DNA of 64,000 nt, from NCBI GenBank assembly GCA_963697895.1, contig OY969100.1, positions 1,440,001 through 1,504,000 on the forward strand. The letters are read 5' to 3'. The stretch comes from an uncultured Methanomicrobiales archaeon (GTDB lineage: Archaea > Halobacteriota > Methanomicrobia > Methanomicrobiales > Methanospirillaceae). Position 1 is the stretch's first letter. Each line of letters starts with the position of its first letter. Shown here piece by piece: positions 58,683 through 64,000 of this stretch. A program made the position numbers and the translations under genes. The notes beneath the pieces were generated by a model that worked only from the letters and a program-made list of their open reading frames with translations, had not been told where the DNA came from and did not search any database.

Positions 58683-59408
58683 CTATTTTTCAAACTGTTC
58701 AACAAACCCGGCAACCTCGTCTTTGCTCATCTTCCTGAATTGCGGGTTTTTAACTTCTATGACCCCTATTTCAACGGTATTCACATCGAATTTTCCTTCG
58801 GTTGCTTCATGGAGGGCTTTGATCCCGAGGAGTATAGTGTCTTTTATGGAAGCATTATAATCATATTCCTCTTCAAAAACTTTCATAACGGCCGTTCGCC
58901 CGATCCCGATACCAGTCGCCTTGTATTCAAGAAGTGTACCTGACGGATCGGTCTCGAAGAGACGTGACTCTCCATCACTGACTCCAGCTATAAGAAGGGC
59001 AGTTCCATAGGGTCGTGCTCCTCCAAACTGGGTATATGTCTGCATATGGTCGCAGAGCTTCTTCGCCAGTGCCTCGACATCGATCCGTTCGTTGTATGTT
59101 ACGCGGTTGATCTGGCTCTCGATCCTCGCCCGATCCACCAATGCTCTTGCATCTCCTACGAGTCCGGACGAAGCCACCCCGATATGCTCATCAATCTTGA
59201 ATATCTTCTCGATGGATGATGCTTCAAGGAGGCGTGAGCTGACCCTTTTGTCCACAATCAGGACGATTCCTTCGGCACATTTGATGCCAACGGCGGTTGT
59301 CCCTCTCTTAACTGCTTCCCGTGCGTATTCCACCTGGTAGAGCCTTCCATCCGGACTGAACACCGTAATAGCGCGGTCATACCCCATCTGATATGCCTGT
59401 GGTTGCAT
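58683..59408 (-). CDS. psmA: Proteasome alpha subunit
   Basis: YDRAITVFSPDGRLYQVEYAREA. Confidence 0.98.
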   Translation of the reverse strand: MQPQAYQMGYDRAITVFSPDGRLYQVEYAREAVKRGTTAVGIKCAEGIVLIVDKRVSSRLLEASSIEKIFKIDEHIGVASSGLVGDARALVDRARIESQINRVTYNERIDVEALAKKLCDHMQTYTQFGGARPYGTALLIAGVSDGESRLFETDPSGTLLEYKATGIGIGRTAVMKVFEEEYDYNASIKDTILLGIKALHEATEGKFDVNTVEIGVIEVKNPQFRKMSKDEVAGFVEQFEK

Positions 59409-59896
59409 TATATATCCTCAAAATCTTTTTCTGTGAGAAACAATAGCTCGTGGTTTTTAAATCCCTTTTCAATGAGATTAACTTTTTGACCATCGCGGTA
59501 CACCGGAACAAAACACCTTCCATCCAGAGAAATCTCGACCGGAACGTTCCCTTCTTCCGGGTGATGAAAACGTATTCGTTTCTTTAGACCATGAATAGTG
59601 CCCGAAACTACGACCGTCCGCAACGTTGCCCGATCATTGTTGATTCCGGTGACCGTTATCAGAGCTGTTGCGAGCAGATGCTCTGATCCTCTCCGGCATC
59701 GGATGACCGCATATCCGCCCTCACACGTAATGACCGCCATCTGGATACCGGCCGCCATATAGTCCCCATAGAGCGAACTGACCGCTTCATGAATGGCAAG
59801 ATACAATTGTTTCGCATCCGGTTCAAACCCCTCGGGAGATATGACGATGAGCAGATACCGTCTTTTATCCCGGAGAGTCGGGGGCCGCGATCTCAT
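59408..59896 (-). CDS. rnp2: RNase P protein component 2 (Pop5)
   Basis: PPTLRDKRRYL, VSGTI; operon position. Confidence 0.9.
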   Translation of the reverse strand: MRSRPPTLRDKRRYLLIVISPEGFEPDAKQLYLAIHEAVSSLYGDYMAAGIQMAVITCEGGYAVIRCRRGSEHLLATALITVTGINNDRATLRTVVVSGTIHGLKKRIRFHHPEEGNVPVEISLDGRCFVPVYRDGQKVNLIEKGFKNHELLFLTEKDFEDI

Positions 59897-60534
59897 CCGA
59901 TCTCCCTCACGATAAGTTCCGGAGAGCGCAACCTGCCGATAGTTGCCAGAGCTTCCTCCACTTCCCCTTCTTCCATGCCAAACAAAGCACAGATCAGGGT
60001 AATATCACGCTTCGAGCGTTGATCAAGGATGGAATGTGCATTACTCGAAATAGTGACCCAAAACTCATATCGCCGCTGCAGTCTCACGATGTCCTGATAG
60101 CGCTGCAGCACTTTCTGGCGTATGTTTCCCCGCAAATGTATCAACGGCCGAAGATCGAGATCGATTGCAACTCCTTTTTCGGCTGCAATCCTCGCCGTTA
60201 CATGATCAAATGAATGCCGGGAGGTTTTGTGGAGGTTCCGGAGTATATTGACACCGTTTAATGAAATTATTGAACGATTGAAACCATTTTCTCCGGCATC
60301 AACAAATATCAGTCGGTTCTCCCTCCTTGCCTGATTCATCAAGCCGATTACTTCCCTGACTACCGGTGCACTGATCACGATTCCGGAAATGACTTGTATA
60401 CCCTCAATTTCGCTATGGCTGCCTTTCGTCGTAACGATGCTGTCAAAACCGAGTTCGTGTGCCTCGAGTGCCATCCTTCTGACGGTGGAGTCCCCGTCAG
60501 GATATGGATGCACCAGGCCGTCCGTGGCGATCAT
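59893..60534 (-). CDS. rnp3: RNase P protein component 3 (Rpp30)
   Basis: FDHVTARIAAEKGVAI, ISSNAHSILDQRS. Confidence 0.9.
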   Translation of the reverse strand: MIATDGLVHPYPDGDSTVRRMALEAHELGFDSIVTTKGSHSEIEGIQVISGIVISAPVVREVIGLMNQARRENRLIFVDAGENGFNRSIISLNGVNILRNLHKTSRHSFDHVTARIAAEKGVAIDLDLRPLIHLRGNIRQKVLQRYQDIVRLQRRYEFWVTISSNAHSILDQRSKRDITLICALFGMEEGEVEEALATIGRLRSPELIVREIG

Positions 60535-60558
60535 TAAGAACCGGGAAATATAGGGGGA

Positions 60559-61149
60559 TTATTTGCCCTGATTTGCATGAGACCTGATGCTCGGACGGGT
60601 TTTCTCCGTCCCCCGGCCACGGGTGCGCATCCCGCGACCCTTCAGCCCTGCACGGGTTTTCCCCCGTTCAGCTCTTCCCCGGTGCACCGGATTTGCGAGC
60701 CATCCCAGCTGCCGGTCACTCCTGATCGCCGGATGATGTCCGTCCACAAGAATCACCTCATACCACTTCTGGCGCCCGTCTTCGCCGACCCAGTAGGAGT
60801 TCAGGACCTCCATATTCGGGAACTTCCGGGATGCCCGTTCCTCCGCGATACGCTGGAGGCTTTTTCCGCTGGTGATCCTGTTGACTCCCATCCGTGCCGT
60901 GCGGCGTGCCCGGACATAGCGGGATTTTCGTCTCCCGCCCCTCCGAACTTTAACGCGTGCAACTGCAATTCCTTGTTTTGCCTTGTATCCGAGAGAACGT
61001 GCACGGTCGATCCGGGTCGGATGTTCGATTCGCACCACACTCCCCTCCCGCCGCCAGGTCTGCATCCGTTCCCACAGCAGCTCTCCCACGGCTGATGCAT
61101 CTGGTTTCTTCCAGGCATCCCGTACGTAGGCATACATCGATTTCGCCAT
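60559..61149 (-). CDS. rpl15e: 50S ribosomal protein L15e
   Basis: [29 protein letters not shown]. Confidence 0.98.
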   Translation of the reverse strand: MAKSMYAYVRDAWKKPDASAVGELLWERMQTWRREGSVVRIEHPTRIDRARSLGYKAKQGIAVARVKVRRGGRRKSRYVRARRTARMGVNRITSGKSLQRIAEERASRKFPNMEVLNSYWVGEDGRQKWYEVILVDGHHPAIRSDRQLGWLANPVHRGRAERGKTRAGLKGRGMRTRGRGTEKTRPSIRSHANQGK

Positions 61150-61215
61150 AGTTATTTCACCTTCAGGTTCAGCTCCAAAGAGCCACATTCCTTAACGGGA
61201 CGGATCCCGCAAGAC
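61150..61215 (-). promoter_or_regulatory. Probable eL15 ribosomal-protein leader RNA (5' UTR of rpl15e)
   Basis: 5' UTR GCGGGATCCGTCCCGTTAAGGAATGTGGCTCTTTGGAGCTGAACC before SD AGGTGA; a euryarchaeal eL15 leader family is known, match judged by eye. Confidence 0.5.
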
Positions 61216-61273
61216 CAGTATATATCGGCAGGACTATACTTAATAACTCTGCCCACCGGGTCTTTTCAGCCTA

Positions 61274-61738
61274 TCAGTCTTTCCGCTTTTCAATAACCCG
61301 TATGTCATCGATCCTGGTCTCAGGATATTGCCCTTTTTCGTCCTTCTCCGCCGACTTCACCATATCCCAGATGGTGAGGAGTGCGATACCGACTCCGGTT
61401 AATGCTTCCATCTCGACGCCGGTCCTTCCCATCGATTTCACCCGTACTCTCGCCTGGAGATAGGCGTCTGTCTCCGTGAAATCGACTTCGATGGAACCGA
61501 CCGGTATGGGATGGCACATCGGGATCAATCTCGGGGTCTCTTTGACGGCCAGTGTTGCTGCTACCCGTGCAGTTGCAAGTACATTTCCCTTTACCACTGT
61601 CCCTTCCCGGATTGCCTTCAGCGTTTCAGGGCGCAGATATATCCTGCCTGATGCGGCGGCCTCCCGTCTACTCTCACTTTTAGAAGTAATATCCACCATC
61701 CGTGCCCGATTGTCCTGTATATGAGAAAATTCAGCCAT
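61274..61738 (-). CDS. moaC: Cyclic pyranopterin monophosphate synthase
   Basis: ARMVDIT, LIPMCHP, TGVEMEAL, IWDMVKS. Confidence 0.96.
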   Translation of the reverse strand: MAEFSHIQDNRARMVDITSKSESRREAAASGRIYLRPETLKAIREGTVVKGNVLATARVAATLAVKETPRLIPMCHPIPVGSIEVDFTETDAYLQARVRVKSMGRTGVEMEALTGVGIALLTIWDMVKSAEKDEKGQYPETRIDDIRVIEKRKD

Positions 61739-61742
61739 TTGA

Positions 61743-63134
61743 TCACTTCCCGAACAGTTTCTCCGGTATCAGCGGCAAGAGATCACTCGCGAGCATGCCA
61801 CTCTTCCGGGATGCGGCCGCATGCATACCCGCAATGCCATTCACATATGCGGCGACACAGGCCGCTTCAAATGCCGGCATACGACAGAATAATGCTCCTG
61901 TCAATCCCGCGAGTATGTCCCCGGTTCCACCAACGGTCATCGCAGGTGTCCCCGTACGGTTGAACCGGACGCGTGACCCGTCGGAGATCACATCGACCGG
62001 ACCCTTAAGGAGGATCACGCACGTGGCTGATGCGGCGGACTTCACCTGTCTCCCCCGCAGTACAATCTCCGCTGCCGGTTTCGTTCCGGTCACACGCTCG
62101 AATTCTCCCGCATGAGGGGTAACTATTGTCTCGCGTGCAGCCGGCAGCGGGCACCGGAGTGCATCTGCATCAAACACCGCTTTTCGTGCGGACCGACCGA
62201 TTGCCTGCACAACCGCGTGGCTCTGGTCACCGAGACCATTGCCGCAGACGACAACATCGGCATGTTCCACCAGTTTCAAGATCCGATCGAGATGCTCTTC
62301 TCCGATACGGTCTCCATCGAGCCGCTCATAGATCAGGTCCGGGATCGGTTCGAAAACAGGGGATGCAATCCTCACAATGTCGGCCCCTCCCCGGAGTGCC
62401 CCGAGCCCGGCCAGATAAGGCGCCCCCTGATATGGTCCTCCTCCAACGATCAGCACTTCACCCCCGGCTCCTTTATGGGCGTCCGCCCGCTTCCCCCGGA
62501 TGAGTGTCAATTCCCCCGGGCCGATAAAACATTCTGCCTCGATCGGTATCCCGATATCTACTGTATCCGAACCCGTGACTTTGGGGCGGTGAAAAGCACA
62601 TATCCGTTCAGCCAGCATACCGGGGGTCGGGATATCCGCAGCAATGATATGCCCGCCTGACTCGTTTGCGAACCGGACACAGCTCGCCAGCGGTTCACGG
62701 ATCATACCCTGGACACCTGTCCCGAGAAGTGCATCGATAATTACCTCTGCTTCTGAAAACAATTTCTGGAACGAGACCAAATCCTCCTGGCACCGAAACG
62801 GGTGCAGTCCGACCGAGCAGTGTTGGAGAAGATGTAATTGCGACATCGTCTCTCCGGTCATTCCCGGCTCATCCAGGTAACATACCGCTATTTCTCCCCG
62901 TTGTTGCAGATGGCGGGCCGCGACCATCCCATCCCCCCCATTGTTCCCCTTACCGCAGAGCACGAGAACAGACCCGGGATTATAGGAGTCCGCGGCATCT
63001 GCGAGAGATTTTCCTGCACTCTCCATCATCTGGAGCGCCGAAAGGCCGAGTGCAATTGCGTTCTGCTCAACGACCTTCATCCGTGCCTGTTGGATCATGC
63101 CCTGCTCGACAAACTCTTTCAGATCATTGCTCAC
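61743..63134 (-). CDS. nnr: Bifunctional NAD(P)H-hydrate epimerase/dehydratase (YjeF/Nnr)
   Basis: GKGNNGGDG, DALLGTG, HKG, DADAL, TPHAGEF, GGTGDILAG. Confidence 0.93.
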   Translation of the reverse strand: MSNDLKEFVEQGMIQQARMKVVEQNAIALGLSALQMMESAGKSLADAADSYNPGSVLVLCGKGNNGGDGMVAARHLQQRGEIAVCYLDEPGMTGETMSQLHLLQHCSVGLHPFRCQEDLVSFQKLFSEAEVIIDALLGTGVQGMIREPLASCVRFANESGGHIIAADIPTPGMLAERICAFHRPKVTGSDTVDIGIPIEAECFIGPGELTLIRGKRADAHKGAGGEVLIVGGGPYQGAPYLAGLGALRGGADIVRIASPVFEPIPDLIYERLDGDRIGEEHLDRILKLVEHADVVVCGNGLGDQSHAVVQAIGRSARKAVFDADALRCPLPAARETIVTPHAGEFERVTGTKPAAEIVLRGRQVKSAASATCVILLKGPVDVISDGSRVRFNRTGTPAMTVGGTGDILAGLTGALFCRMPAFEAACVAAYVNGIAGMHAAASRKSGMLASDLLPLIPEKLFGK

Positions 63135-63297
63135 CCGGAGCCCTCCATAACATCGACTGGTATAGAGACGTGTGTTCACCGTACTCAAATGGATTATGGT
63201 GCTTGTCCGGAGTGGTATTGATTTCTTTTTTAAGGGGGGGATTTCTGTTGCGTACTGACAGATGCACTAATTACCGTGAGAAGCATAGGTTGTACCA

Positions 63298-64000
63298 ATG
63301 GGTTTTCGCGAAGATGTGCAGGCCGGCGCCCGATTGATAACGTCGCATGATAAGGTAACTATTATATCGCACATCGACGCCGATGGCATCGCCGGTGAAG
63401 CAATCCTCGCACAGGCACTTTCCCGTGAAGAGATCCGCGTGAAATCGGTATTCATCCGCCAGCTGGAGCCGATCATGATGCGGCTGATCCCCTCCGATGA
63501 CAGCCTGAAACTGTTCGTAGACCTTGGAGCCGGCCAACAGAACCTCCTTTACGATACCGGGCTCGAAGAGGACCAGGTTATCATCGTCGATCACCATGTG
63601 AGCCAGCCCTGCGAACGTGCATATATGCAGGTGAACTGCCTTCCGTATGGGTATAACAAATTAAGTGCTGCGGGTGTTGCATATTTTATCGCCCGTGAGA
63701 TCGATTCTGCAAATGAAGACCTCGCGAAGCTCTGCAATTATAGGGAATGTCGGGGACATGATGGCGAGGGAAGGACTGGGCCTGACCGGTCCGGCCAGGG
63801 AGATCGTCGAGGACGGGGTCAAATGGGGAAATGTCAGGGTATTTGAGAAGGATCTGAATTGTTATGGGACATCGACGCGTCCTCTGCACATATGCCTCTC
63901 CTACAGCGACGATCCCTGTATCCCGGGCATCAGCAATAATCAACAGGGAACATTACGATTCCTTCAGAGACTGGGCATTCCTCTGCAGGATGATGAGAAG
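63298..64000 (+). CDS. RecJ-like DHH phosphoesterase (partial at window end; 1-nt insertion near 63733)
   Basis: SHIDADG, DLG, DHH, SAAG; continues in the shifted frame as AIIGNVGDMM...YGTSTRPLH to the window edge. Confidence 0.85.

Overview
Archaeal chromosomal DNA of a methanogen; gene order and protein families point to Methanomicrobiales (Methanoregulaceae/Methanolinea-like; inference). Mostly housekeeping: minD/V4R locus, prepilin peptidase-hisI-PIN ATPase-leuS, the RNA polymerase operon (rpoH-B''-B'-A'-A''-rpl30e-nusA), a Cu/stress cluster (nfi, YHS, copA, rubredoxin-TPP enzyme), an ABC exporter, metG, and the rpl15e-RNase P-psmA-SBDS-rpl37ae-rpoP-pcc1-pfdB superoperon without exosome genes. 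There are five tRNAs (Arg, Lys, Phe, Asp, intron-containing Tyr). An accessory surface block (about 43.4-54.5 kb) holds a PKD protein, a roughly 2,400-aa repeat adhesin and a possible sheath-protein homologue. About eight genes, including essential leuS and rpoA', carry single-base frameshifts that look like read/assembly errors. Best novel candidates: (1) leuA has no in-frame start upstream of its catalytic motif and is overlapped by a leaderless 14-codon uORF ending TTT-CTT-TGT-TGA, suggesting a leucine-sensing +1 ribosomal frameshift; (2) the giant adhesin looks like a Gram-positive pilus-tip-type protein (vWA plus 19 CnaB-like domains with Lys-Glu-Asn isopeptide triads) whose cysteine phasing implies inter-domain disulfide staples. 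No integrase, transposase, CRISPR array or reverse transcriptase was seen.
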